DNA of 26,851 nt, taken from assembly GCA_039208735.1 (NCBI GenBank), contig JBCCQY010000126.1, forward strand, positions 1-26,851. Direction: 5' to 3'. The DNA is from Myxococcota bacterium. GTDB lineage: Bacteria > Myxococcota_A > UBA796 > GCA-2862545. Both the position numbers and the translations under genes were made by a program. This document shows positions 10,007-19,273 of the stretch, one piece after another. The notes beneath the pieces are model-generated. The model did not search any database. It had not been told where the DNA came from and was given only the letters and a program-made list of their open reading frames with translations. The stretch's first letter is position 1, and every line of letters begins with the position of its first letter.

Positions 10007-10899
10007 CCGCTCCCTCCCAATCCCACCAGCACTGCCATCAAGACGAGCCCCAACACCATGAGCAGCCCCACCTTGCGCCAGCTGGTAGGCACCTCTCCTG
10101 TGGTCTGGCCGGTCTGGCCATTCACCAACAGCCGCAGCTCTCCGTGGGGCGAGGGCACAACGGCGATCCAAACCGGCAAAAGAACGAGTCGAAAGCCGCT
10201 CAACTCCAGCTTGGTCCGGCACCGCACATCGCCCGTGACATCACCGGGAAGATGGCGTTCTCGAACCTGGGTTTCGGCACGATCTCGCACGCTTTGACGG
10301 GCGGAGGCTTCGGCCGTCGCATGGTCGATCATGGGCCGTTCGGCTTCCAGACCCGCCACCCGCGCCGCCGACCACGGCACGCTACGGCCCAGATCGTACG
10401 GGGCAAGCCCTCGCATCTCGGTGTCCGAAAGGCCTCGGCTTGCGCTTACCAGGTGGTCAAACCACTGTCCCTTGTGGCTCCCCGAAAGGTCATGCCAGTC
10501 CGTTTCCTGCACCCGCCGCGTCTTTTGGACCGACTTACCGCCCTCCATCGCGGTGTAATGTTCGGTTCGCCACCAGTGAATGCCCACCGTGGCACTGAAG
10601 CGGGTCTCCGTCTCAGCATCAAAGGCGTAGAACGGCACAAGCACGGAACGCAACGAAGAGGGGGACGTGGCCTTGCGCACCGACTCGGGGGCAAACCAAC
10701 GTCCGGCTAGGTAGCGCCTCAGCGCTCGCGCCGCCCGTTCACGCTCGACGGTGAATGAAACCACCCGCTCGACCGGTTCCTCATCGCCATTTACATCGAC
10801 CAGAGGACTGTCGCAGAAGGCGCAGCGCAGCGAGAGCGTTTCGTCGGGCAACCGGACCGTAGCCCCACAGTTCTCGCACCGCCGAACGTTCGCGGCCAT
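10003..10899 (-). CDS. Zinc-ribbon membrane-anchored protein (YdjG-like), paralogue 1
   Basis: CENC...CAFC, WFAP, VPFYAFD, LLPVWI...VNGQTG...GEVPTSWRK followed by a TM helix. SD GGAGGGG. Confidence 0.8.
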   Translation of the reverse strand: MAANVRRCENCGATVRLPDETLSLRCAFCDSPLVDVNGDEEPVERVVSFTVERERAARALRRYLAGRWFAPESVRKATSPSSLRSVLVPFYAFDAETETRFSATVGIHWWRTEHYTAMEGGKSVQKTRRVQETDWHDLSGSHKGQWFDHLVSASRGLSDTEMRGLAPYDLGRSVPWSAARVAGLEAERPMIDHATAEASARQSVRDRAETQVRERHLPGDVTGDVRCRTKLELSGFRLVLLPVWIAVVPSPHGELRLLVNGQTGQTTGEVPTSWRKVGLLMVLGLVLMAVLVGLGGSG

Positions 10900-10944
10900 T
10901 GGCCCCTCCGGACGGACGGTAAGCCGACCGGTAGGGATGCACCA

Positions 10945-11358
10945 CTATCTTCGGCGTTTCGCCTTCACGGGGGGTGACGGGGTCGCAAATCGCATCGCGC
11001 TATGGATCGCCGTGGCCATGGCGATCCCAACGACCACCGGCAACATGTCCCGCAGACGACAGGCCCCCGCGTTGAGAATGGCTTCGAGGACCTCGACCCC
11101 AAAGCCCACCGCAAAGCTCACCGCGGCGGACTGAAGCATCTTGGGACGGAGGAACATCCCGGCCCCTACGGTGGCCAGCAACCCGTACACGGCAATGGAC
11201 GGGGACACCGCAGCCTCGAGCCACATCATGGCCGGCGAACCAAGCTCACACGTCGCGAACACGCGCGGCATCCCCGACGACAGGTACACCGGGTAGAGCA
11301 ACAGCGCGCCGGCGAAGGCGAGGAACAGGCCCCGAGTGATACGGCGCGCGGGAGACAT
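10945..11358 (-). CDS. Small membrane protein, VanZ-like
   Basis: About four hydrophobic helices; GFGVEVLEA...RLRDML resembles the VanZ E...D pattern. Start uncertain (11358 or 11430). Confidence 0.5.
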   Translation of the reverse strand: MSPARRITRGLFLAFAGALLLYPVYLSSGMPRVFATCELGSPAMMWLEAAVSPSIAVYGLLATVGAGMFLRPKMLQSAAVSFAVGFGVEVLEAILNAGACRLRDMLPVVVGIAMATAIHSAMRFATPSPPVKAKRRR

Positions 11359-11460
11359 CTTGCGACGCCGCAGCCGCCGCCCTCGGGGCAGGGTACGGGA
11401 GCGGCGTGAACGAGCGGAACGGGTAGCCATACCCGTTCTTCGGTCGACCGAGCGAGCCGT

Positions 11461-13485
11461 TCAACCCCCGCAACCGTCGCAAGCATCGCCTTCGAGGTAG
11501 CCGAGCCTGCACAGGGCGCACTGTTCTTCTTGGGACTGCCCTTCACGGGCCACCTGCGGCACCTCCGCCCCAAGCGACGGCAGCTGAAGCTGGACAATCC
11601 AGTCCATCAGCTTGGATTCGACGTCCAGGCGGGCATCCGGCTGCACATTGGCGAGGTTCCGCTGCTCTCCGACCTCGAGGTGGAACAAGAAGGTTCCGTC
11701 CTGGTCGTGTTGAACGAGCTTGAAAGGGCCATCGCGGAACGTACGGTATCGCCCGCGCGGGTTGACGAGCGCACCCTTGCCGTTGGCCGTTCCCTCTGCG
11801 AAGCGTGCGGACAGCAAGTGCTCTTCGAACCGCTCGGCAATGACAGGCTGCCCCACGCGTTCGGCCTTGGCACGCGCGTCTTCCTCACACGGGAGCTTGG
11901 CCTCTACTTTGAGCGCCTCACAGGCTGAAAAATCGGGAATCGCACGTAGCAGATTCTGCACGAGTACGGTTCGAGGCGTATCCAACCCGGCCAACGCCGT
12001 AAGCGTGGCGAAGGTGCCGACCGTCGAGACCGGCTGTTCGATGACCACTCCGGCCGGAACGTGGCCCGGGTAGCGGAACACCAGGGGCACACGAAGGTCC
12101 TCTTCGACCACGGCCGAAAGATGCCCGAACGCACCATGCTCTCCGACAACCTCGCCGTGGTCGCCCAACACGACGACGACCGTGTCATCCAGGGTGCCGG
12201 CGTCGCGCCAGATCTGCATCACATCGCCCACAAGCGCGTCGGTGTAGCGAACCCCCCCGTCGTACATGTCGATCATGGGTTCACGAATTTCTGCGATTTC
12301 CGCATCGCTTAGCAGACGCCCCATCTGGGCCCCGAACGCGAGCTGATCGGCATGCTGGAGCGTCGAGGAGCGACGGTTCTGAAAGGCGGTGAGGTACTCC
12401 TCGGGCAGCTGGTGGAATGGGAAGTGGGCCTCGAGGAAATTGACGAACACGAACGCAGGCCGGTCCGTGCGCTCGGCCATCCACTCTTGAATGTTGCCGA
12501 CGACCTTGCGACCGCCCTTGTCGTCGACCCCACCAAGGCCCAGATGATCGAGGAGCCGGAACACGAAAGTGAACTGGCGCGCTCCTTCGCCTGACGCCCA
12601 CGCCTTGTCGCAAGCGTCGAATCCACGGGTCAATCCAAACGATGCGCTGATGTGGGGGTTGGCCGAAAAGCAGCGTGTTTCGTAGCCGGCCTGGGCAAAG
12701 ACCTCCATGATCGTGGGCAGTCGCTCATCGAGGTAGCGGGTCTCGCCATGGGCCTGGTGCACGGAAGGAAACGTGCCCGTGAACAAGGATGCATGGGCCG
12801 GCAGGGACCAGGTCGCGGGAGCCGTTGCCTGGTCAAACCGAATGCCTTCGGAGGCCAGCTCGGTCAACACCGGAGTGGTGGGGCGACCGTAGCCGTAGGT
12901 CGAGGTGCTCTGGGCGCGGACGGTATCCATGACCACGAACAGCACGTCGGGCGCGCCTTCTCGGGCCGCTGGGCGGTCGATCACGACGGCGGGCTCGGAT
13001 TCACCTGAGGGCTGACCCAACGCGATGAGTTCGGGCACGGCGAGGAATACGACGTGGACGATGGCTGTGACACCCGCAATCGCGAGCGGCGCCCGCTTTG
13101 GGGCGATGCTCACGAGCCAAGCGCCTCCCGCGTAGAAGATCGCCCCCAAGACCGGACCCGCCAGCCACATGAGCGGCTTGGCCGGATCGACGGCCACCCA
13201 CCGTTCCATGACGAGCCACAGCACGATCAGGAGGCCCGCTGCGAGCCAGGGGCCCCGTCGACGGTCTGCCATCACCACTGGCGTCAACGCAGCACCGACG
13301 GCGATCGCCATCATGAGTTCGAGCACCACCGCCTGGACCGCAAACCAGGTGTGCGGAGGCTGGCCCAGAGCCACGATGAGCCCAATCCCGTTGCCCAAGT
13401 GCACGGTTGCGATGGCTGCGCCGACCCCCAGCCCCACAAGAAGTGCGGTGACAAAGGGATTTGTTGATTGGTCTTCGCTTGTCAA
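11461..13485 (-). CDS. Membrane-anchored sulfatase/alkaline-phosphatase superfamily hydrolase or transferase
   Basis: N-terminal TM bundle, then VVMDTVRA, WSLPAHASLFTG, NFLEAHFPF, YDGGVRYTD, GDHGE, GH, VPLVFRYPG and C-terminal LGY. Probable TTG start at 13485 (GGGGA upstream); the longer track start overlaps the divergent LRR gene. Confidence 0.85.
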   Translation of the reverse strand: MTSEDQSTNPFVTALLVGLGVGAAIATVHLGNGIGLIVALGQPPHTWFAVQAVVLELMMAIAVGAALTPVVMADRRRGPWLAAGLLIVLWLVMERWVAVDPAKPLMWLAGPVLGAIFYAGGAWLVSIAPKRAPLAIAGVTAIVHVVFLAVPELIALGQPSGESEPAVVIDRPAAREGAPDVLFVVMDTVRAQSTSTYGYGRPTTPVLTELASEGIRFDQATAPATWSLPAHASLFTGTFPSVHQAHGETRYLDERLPTIMEVFAQAGYETRCFSANPHISASFGLTRGFDACDKAWASGEGARQFTFVFRLLDHLGLGGVDDKGGRKVVGNIQEWMAERTDRPAFVFVNFLEAHFPFHQLPEEYLTAFQNRRSSTLQHADQLAFGAQMGRLLSDAEIAEIREPMIDMYDGGVRYTDALVGDVMQIWRDAGTLDDTVVVVLGDHGEVVGEHGAFGHLSAVVEEDLRVPLVFRYPGHVPAGVVIEQPVSTVGTFATLTALAGLDTPRTVLVQNLLRAIPDFSACEALKVEAKLPCEEDARAKAERVGQPVIAERFEEHLLSARFAEGTANGKGALVNPRGRYRTFRDGPFKLVQHDQDGTFLFHLEVGEQRNLANVQPDARLDVESKLMDWIVQLQLPSLGAEVPQVAREGQSQEEQCALCRLGYLEGDACDGCGG

Positions 13486-13579
13486 GTCAGATTCCCCGTC
13501 TACTCGTCCAGCATAGCGTTCCCCTCCGTTGACTTGCAGACTCGAGCGAACGCGTGTTGAAGTTCCATATGAGCACTGC

Positions 13580-15232
13580 GTGAAGACGCTGCACGACGAA
13601 CTGCGCGCTTCCCCCGATGACGAGTCCATGTGGCTGGTCTTCGCGGATGCGTTGCTGGAGAAAGGTGACGTCCGAGGCGAGATCATTACGCTTCGGCATC
13701 GCCTCGACACCGCCGTGCTGCCACCCGAGCAGCTCGACGCCATCACCTGGCGAATCCACGAGATTGAAGCCACTTCTCATTGGCAGTGGCACCATGAGGT
13801 GCGCCACCTGCCGGCCGAAGAGCTGCACTGGCAGGCAGGGTTCGTGCGCGGGGTTCGCCTTTCCTACGGACCGGCAACCGAAGAAACGTTGGCCACGTGG
13901 CTCGACCACCCTGCAGGTGCCTTGCTGACGACCCTGGAGTTCCTCGAAGACCGCTCGCTTGGCAATGAACAAGCCAGCGCGCTTGCAGGCTGGCCCGTAC
14001 TCCAACGCCTCACCGAGCTTCGACTCCGCCGGACCGCGATTGGGGGTCCCGGAGCCCGCGCGTTGGCGAGTTCGCCCTTCGTGTCGCGACTGCGCCGCCT
14101 CGACCTCCACAGCAATCACATCCACGCCGAGGGACTGCGCGCCCTCGTTCAATCCGAGTCGTTGCGGGGACTCGTCCACCTGGATGTGGGCAACAATCTG
14201 CTGGATGAGACCGCCACCGTGGCGCTGGCTCGCGGTGGCATGGCGGACCTCGAGTCCCTGGACCTCTCGAGCAACCACATCGGTACCGAGGGCGTCCGCA
14301 CCCTTTCGCGCTCCGAAGCCCTTCCACGACTCACCTCTCTCGAACTCGGCCGGAACCACCTCGACGACGAAGCGGCGAGAGCGCTGTCCCACGCACCGTT
14401 CTGGCCCCAGCTTCATTCGCTGAACCTGTCGAACAACCGGCTGGGCGACAAAGGAGCCAACGCACTGGCCACGGTCGAGGCCCCCGCCCTTCGCCTGCTC
14501 CGCCTCCAAAACAACGTGCTCGGTCCCCAAGGGGCGCAGGCGTTGGTGGGCGCGGGCCTGGTCTCACAGCTCCGCCACCTCGATTTGCGTGGCAATCGGC
14601 TGGGTCCGGCCGGGGCCACCGCGTTGTCGCAAGCGACAAACCAGAACCTTTCGGTGCTCGTTCTCAACGCCAACGAAATCGGCGACACCGGACTGCGGAT
14701 GCTCGCCACCTCATCGTTGATGGGCGGCCTTATTGAGCTGTCGCTCGGCCGAAATCACATCGGCGATCGGGGCATTCAGGCCCTCGCTCGGGCACCTGGG
14801 CTCGCCTTACGCTCGCTGCACCTGTGGCACAACGATCTCGGTCCACTCGGGGCCAGCGTCCTCGCCAAATGCCCGTCGCTCCTGTACCTAGGCCACCTCG
14901 ATCTCGGGGGAAATCGGATCGGCAGCGAGGGCGTGACGGCCATTGCGCGGTCCGAACACCTCAGTCGGCTTATGAGCCTGGAGCTGTGGCACGCCAATGT
15001 GGGAGATGCGGGCGCGGAGGCCCTGGCGACCGCCGACCACCTCAAGCGGCTGCGCCACCTCGACCTAAGCTACAACTTCATCTCGGATTGCGGCGCGGTG
15101 GCGTTGTCGAAGGCTTCGTGGCTTGGCCACGTGAAGACTTTGGTCCTGCGTCGCAACGACATTGGCCAAGATGGTCGAGATGCCTTGCGCCGGGCCGCCC
15201 AAGACCATCCCGGCCTGCGCATCGAGCTGTAG
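13580..15232 (+). CDS. Leucine-rich repeat protein with N-terminal TIGR02996-like repeat-companion domain
   Basis: N-terminus ASPDDESMWLVFADALLEKGDVRGEII and a GFVRGV motif, then about 16 repeats of 26-27 aa (LxxLxLxxNxIGxxGAxALA). Probable GTG start at 13580. Confidence 0.88.
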   Translation: MKTLHDELRASPDDESMWLVFADALLEKGDVRGEIITLRHRLDTAVLPPEQLDAITWRIHEIEATSHWQWHHEVRHLPAEELHWQAGFVRGVRLSYGPATEETLATWLDHPAGALLTTLEFLEDRSLGNEQASALAGWPVLQRLTELRLRRTAIGGPGARALASSPFVSRLRRLDLHSNHIHAEGLRALVQSESLRGLVHLDVGNNLLDETATVALARGGMADLESLDLSSNHIGTEGVRTLSRSEALPRLTSLELGRNHLDDEAARALSHAPFWPQLHSLNLSNNRLGDKGANALATVEAPALRLLRLQNNVLGPQGAQALVGAGLVSQLRHLDLRGNRLGPAGATALSQATNQNLSVLVLNANEIGDTGLRMLATSSLMGGLIELSLGRNHIGDRGIQALARAPGLALRSLHLWHNDLGPLGASVLAKCPSLLYLGHLDLGGNRIGSEGVTAIARSEHLSRLMSLELWHANVGDAGAEALATADHLKRLRHLDLSYNFISDCGAVALSKASWLGHVKTLVLRRNDIGQDGRDALRRAAQDHPGLRIEL

Positions 15233-15233
15233 A

Positions 15234-15986
15234 TCAGCCCGGAGCGTGAGCCTCGCGCAACTGCGATGCAGGAGCCCAGAGCCACGCTTGCTTGAGGCCC
15301 CACCCCACACCGGCGGGGAACGCCTCGGTCGGAAGCGCCGCACACAGCGCCTCTGCGGGCTCGCCATCGACATGGCAGTGGCGCTCCTGGCGACCGTTCT
15401 GGGGCTGGATGCGCAGGTCCACCATGTGTACGCCATCGGACGGCACATGGGACGCCATGACTTTGACGAGGGCTTCGTGGTTGGGCGACTCCTGCACCCC
15501 TTCACGGTACGTCCACCCGGGAAGCACCACCGCGTTGCCCTGGCGAAGGACACTCGCGGGTGGCGTCTCCTGCTTGTAGAGCCCGTGCAACGCCGGTCGT
15601 GCGGTGTCGCTTAGGATCCAGTCCACGATGGACGCTGCGTCGACCACCGCCCACATGTGGACGCCCTTGCCCATCGCTTCGTCGTGGCTCATTCCGTAGT
15701 GGCGGAAGTGGGTGGTCACGGTCGGACGGTCGGCCGGCGTAATCGCAATCCGACCCTCGAACGTGGTGAGGCCAAACTTCTCTTCTACGAGATCGAGGTA
15801 GGTCCTGACCCTCACTCGAATCGTGCCGTCGATGACCGGTTCCGCCCCTTCGAGCTTGCACTGGTGCTTGGCGGTCTGGGCGACCTTGCACAGCGCCTCG
15901 GCCACCGCCAGTGTGGCCTTGGGGTCCGGGGCCTCAGCCCGTTTGGGAGCGGAGGATCCACAAGCGATCAACGTCCAGAGGATCAT
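15234..15986 (-). CDS. Putative lipoprotein of unknown function
   Basis: Very short signal peptide with lipobox MILWTLIA-C; SD GAGGGAG; ATGA overlap with the dipeptidase stop. Confidence 0.7.
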   Translation of the reverse strand: MILWTLIACGSSAPKRAEAPDPKATLAVAEALCKVAQTAKHQCKLEGAEPVIDGTIRVRVRTYLDLVEEKFGLTTFEGRIAITPADRPTVTTHFRHYGMSHDEAMGKGVHMWAVVDAASIVDWILSDTARPALHGLYKQETPPASVLRQGNAVVLPGWTYREGVQESPNHEALVKVMASHVPSDGVHMVDLRIQPQNGRQERHCHVDGEPAEALCAALPTEAFPAGVGWGLKQAWLWAPASQLREAHAPG

Positions 15987-17233
15987 CGTGTTTCTCCCTC
16001 GTCGAACTCTCGACGCGTTCCAATCGGATCGACCCGCTTCATTCGGGCTCGCTGCCGTTCGACCTGCTTCATCACGCGAAGCAAGTTCCCGCCGGCGATC
16101 GCCGCAACGTCCGCATCCGAGTACCCACGGCGGAGCAGCTCCACGAACAGATTTGGCACCTGACTGACATCGTCGAGCCCGTCGGGTTGGTCCCGCATGC
16201 CGTCGAAGTCGGTGCCAATGCCGATGTGATCCACCCCGATGCGGTCCTTCAGGTAGTCGATGTGATCCGCGACCTGCGCCAGCGTCGACCGCGGCGTCGG
16301 GTTGGCCGCTTCCCAGGCCGCAAGGGCGGCCGTGTAGCCCTCCGGATCGCCCAGATAAAGCACCTCAAGTCGCGCCATCTCGCCCTTGTGCGCGGCCCGG
16401 TGTTCCCAAACCTCGGTCGACACATATGACGGTAGGAAGTCGACCATGACGATGCCCCCGTTCTTGGGGAGCCGGTCGAGGATGGCGTCGGGCACGTTGC
16501 GCGGGTGCGGGTTGATGCCACGCGCCCCCGAGTGACTGAAGATCACCGGGGCCTTGCTGACATCGAGAGCATCGGCCATCGTGGCTTCAGAGACGTGAGC
16601 AAGGTCGACCATCAAGCCCAAGCGGTTGCACTCTCGGACGACGTCCTCTCCAAAGGCGGTCAGGCCATCGTGCACCGGCGCATCCGTCGCCGCATCCGCC
16701 CACGCGGTGTTCCGCCAATGGGTCAGTGTCATGTAGCGCGCACCTGCGTCGTAGAGCATGCGGAGCGCCGACAGGCTGTCACCCATCGAATGCCCTCCTT
16801 CAATGCCAACAAGCGATGCGACACGCCCCCGTCGATGCGCACGGCGGATCTCGTCCGCCGTGGTCGCAAGCTGCAGCGTTTTGGGCCACTTCGCGACCAT
16901 GCGATGCACCACGTCGATCTGCTCGAGCGTGGTTTGCACCGCTTCGGGACCGGACAGATCCGTAGGCACCCAAACCGACCAGAACACCCCGCCCCACTGG
17001 CCCTCGCGGAGGCGAGGCCAGTCGGTGTGCATCGGTGGTTCGAGTTGCGACGTGTCGGCGTCGAGGGGCAGCGCATCGAGCGACAAGTCGGCACGCGACC
17101 GAACCTGCCACGGCACATCGTTGTGCCCATCGATGAGCGGCGTCTTCTTCAACACCCGCTCAACGCGTCGTTCGAGGTCTGCATCCGCCGCAGTGGCCGA
17201 CCCCGTCAGGAGCCATCCGATCAACCCAATCAC
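15983..17233 (-). CDS. Membrane dipeptidase (peptidase M19, renal dipeptidase family), secreted
   Basis: Signal peptide ending ATA-A; IDGHND, GIEGGH, YMTLTH, DLAHVS, FSHS, HPRNVPD, DHIGIGTDFDG. Confidence 0.93.
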   Translation of the reverse strand: MIGLIGWLLTGSATAADADLERRVERVLKKTPLIDGHNDVPWQVRSRADLSLDALPLDADTSQLEPPMHTDWPRLREGQWGGVFWSVWVPTDLSGPEAVQTTLEQIDVVHRMVAKWPKTLQLATTADEIRRAHRRGRVASLVGIEGGHSMGDSLSALRMLYDAGARYMTLTHWRNTAWADAATDAPVHDGLTAFGEDVVRECNRLGLMVDLAHVSEATMADALDVSKAPVIFSHSGARGINPHPRNVPDAILDRLPKNGGIVMVDFLPSYVSTEVWEHRAAHKGEMARLEVLYLGDPEGYTAALAAWEAANPTPRSTLAQVADHIDYLKDRIGVDHIGIGTDFDGMRDQPDGLDDVSQVPNLFVELLRRGYSDADVAAIAGGNLLRVMKQVERQRARMKRVDPIGTRREFDEGETR

Positions 17234-17240
17234 GATTCAA

Positions 17241-18641
17241 TCACCGGTTCACGATGTGGATGGCCTCACCGATCGCGGCCTTGGCCGCTTCCATGACCGA
17301 TTCGCCGAGCGTGGGGTGGGGGTGAATGGTGAGTCCGATGTCCAATGCTTCCGCCTGCATCTCAATCGCGAGTCCCGCCTCGCTGATGATGTCAGAGGCG
17401 TGGTGACCCACGATGGTGACACCCAAAATCAGGTGCGGTTCCGCTTCGGTCACCAACACCTTCACAAAGCCCTCGGTGTGGTGGTTCGCAATCGCCTTCC
17501 CGATCGCCGCAAACGGCACCTTGCCTGACCGATACGCGATGCCCTTCTCCTTGAGTTCGGGCTCGGTCATGCCGGCGGTCGCCACCTCGGGTTCGGTGAA
17601 CACGACGGCCGGCACGGTCCGGGCATCGTACTGCACGTTCTTGCCGGCGATAACCTCGGCCACAACCTCACCTTCATGGGTGGCTTTGTGCGCAAGCATC
17701 GGATTGCCGACCAGGTCGCCAATCGCGTAGATGCCCGGCACGCTGGTCCGCATTTTGGCGTCCACCTTGACGAAGGGACCGTCCATCTCGATGCCGAGAT
17801 CTTCGAGGCCAATGCCTTTGGTGTTGGGCCGCCGTCCTACGGTGACGAGCACGTAGTCGGCGGGCAGCGCCTGGGCACCGTCCGGGCCCTCCACGTTGAC
17901 CACAATGCCATCGTCGGCCTGCTCCCATCCGAGCGCCTTCGTCTTGAGCAGGGTGGTCACGCCGTCCTTCTTGAGGCGTCGGGTAAGCACCCGCACCACA
18001 TCGGGATCGAAGCCAGGCAACACCTGGTCCATCATCTCGACGACGGTAACTTCGGTGCCCATGCGCGAGAACACGCCGCCGAGTTCGAGGCCGATGTAGC
18101 CGCCCCCGATGACCACGAGACGCTTGGGGATTTCCGGAAGCGCAAGCGCCTGGGTACTGTCGAGGACCGGCGGATCGGCAAAGGCGAAACCCGGAATCTC
18201 GATGGGGGAGGATCCGGTGGCGAGCACGATGTGATCCGCGGTCATGCGGGTCGTGCCATCGGCGTTCTCGATCTCGACTTCATTGCGACCGACGAGCTTC
18301 GCGGTGCCGAAGACCATGTTGGCCTTGTTCGCCTTGAGCAGCGTTTCAACACCGCCCGTGAGCTTCTTGACCACGCTCTGCTTCCAGGCCTGGAGCTTGT
18401 CCATGTTGACCTGGGCGCCGCCAGGTACCTCGAGACCGAGTTCCTCGAGGTGCGAGAGGTTTTGGAAGGTGGTGGAAGCATGGATCAGCGCCTTGCTCGG
18501 GATGCACCCGACATTGAGGCAGACGCCGCCCCAGTACTCCTTTTCGACAATGGTGGTCTGAATGCCGAGCTGCGCAAGTCGGATGGCCGCAGGGTAGCCG
18601 CCAGGCCCAGCACCGATGACCAGAGCTTGGGTGTCGCTCAA
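17241..18641 (-). CDS. lpdA: Dihydrolipoyl dehydrogenase (E3)
   Basis: GAGPGGY, GGVCLNVGCIPSK, GGGYIGLE, IHPHPTLGE. TTG start at 18641 with SD AAAGGAG, overlapping the upstream TGA. Confidence 0.95.
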   Translation of the reverse strand: MSDTQALVIGAGPGGYPAAIRLAQLGIQTTIVEKEYWGGVCLNVGCIPSKALIHASTTFQNLSHLEELGLEVPGGAQVNMDKLQAWKQSVVKKLTGGVETLLKANKANMVFGTAKLVGRNEVEIENADGTTRMTADHIVLATGSSPIEIPGFAFADPPVLDSTQALALPEIPKRLVVIGGGYIGLELGGVFSRMGTEVTVVEMMDQVLPGFDPDVVRVLTRRLKKDGVTTLLKTKALGWEQADDGIVVNVEGPDGAQALPADYVLVTVGRRPNTKGIGLEDLGIEMDGPFVKVDAKMRTSVPGIYAIGDLVGNPMLAHKATHEGEVVAEVIAGKNVQYDARTVPAVVFTEPEVATAGMTEPELKEKGIAYRSGKVPFAAIGKAIANHHTEGFVKVLVTEAEPHLILGVTIVGHHASDIISEAGLAIEMQAEALDIGLTIHPHPTLGESVMEAAKAAIGEAIHIVNR

Positions 18642-19273
18642 GGGGACTCCTTTGTGGCAGGCAGGTGCGCCTGCACCAAACACAGTTGTTCCGTACCCCG
18701 AGCGGCCCGTACTGCCTCGTGCACCGCGCCCGCGTCGCTGCCATCGACTTCGGTGGTGTGAAGGCCGTAGCTCGCGGCCCAAGCGGTGGGTTGGACCGCC
18801 AGCTGGGTCGCAAACGGCACGGCGTCATCGGCCGCAGGCACCGCCACCACAAAGATCATGGCCAACTCGTGCAACGTCGCAAGATTCAGGGCTTCGTGCG
18901 CTGCACCATCAGAGAGGCTCCCGATCCCCAGCGAGACCACGACCCGTCCTCCGTCTTCGGCACCCTTACGCGCCAATGCGAGCCCAGTACCGTACAACGC
19001 ACGCAACGCCGCGGAGGCGCCAGGGGGGGCGATCCGATAGGGCTTAGCTCCGGCAAATCCATCGACCAGCCGCCCGACGGGCACCTCGCGCAAAACGGCA
19101 CCGACCCGTTCCCGAAGCCCCGGCACCCACCAATCGCTGCGCTCGAGTGCCGTCACCGTACCGGCCACGACCGGCGCCAGGCGGCCCAACGGCAACGGAA
19201 AGGGGGTGGGTCCGAGTTCGGCGAGTTTGGCTTCCGCATCGGCCAGCGCGGACAGGGCGTCCGCGGGGGTCAT
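18638..19273 (-). CDS. Shortened, degenerate 2-oxoacid dehydrogenase E1 alpha-like protein (211 aa)
   Basis: E1alpha landmarks are recognisable (DWWVPGLRE, HEALNLA, IFVV, VDGSDAGAV), but GDG reads GIG, the NN is absent and the chain ends before the TYRxxxH loop. Confidence 0.8.
   Translation of the reverse strand: MTPADALSALADAEAKLAELGPTPFPLPLGRLAPVVAGTVTALERSDWWVPGLRERVGAVLREVPVGRLVDGFAGAKPYRIAPPGASAALRALYGTGLALARKGAEDGGRVVVSLGIGSLSDGAAHEALNLATLHELAMIFVVAVPAADDAVPFATQLAVQPTAWAASYGLHTTEVDGSDAGAVHEAVRAARGTEQLCLVQAHLPATKESP

Noticed and set aside
7468..11481. Identical hexapeptide CDGCGG in the rSAM (7468-7485) and at the sulfatase C-terminus (11464-11481), plus AGCGG in the motif protein
   Set aside because: Short, uses different codons, and is explained by independent CxxC motifs in GC-rich DNA. 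No evidence of a shared origin.
6221..13485. Sulfatase maturation cassette (sulfatase + anSME-type rSAM + FGE)
   Set aside because: The sulfatase lacks the (C/S)xPxR recognition motif, the FGE-fold protein lacks catalytic Cys, and the rSAM looks MftC/PqqE-like with an RRE-like extension rather than anSME-like.
13900..15200. Periodicity of roughly 80 bp as a CRISPR array or DNA tandem repeat
   Set aside because: It reflects protein-level LRRs; there are no identical direct repeats with unique spacers.
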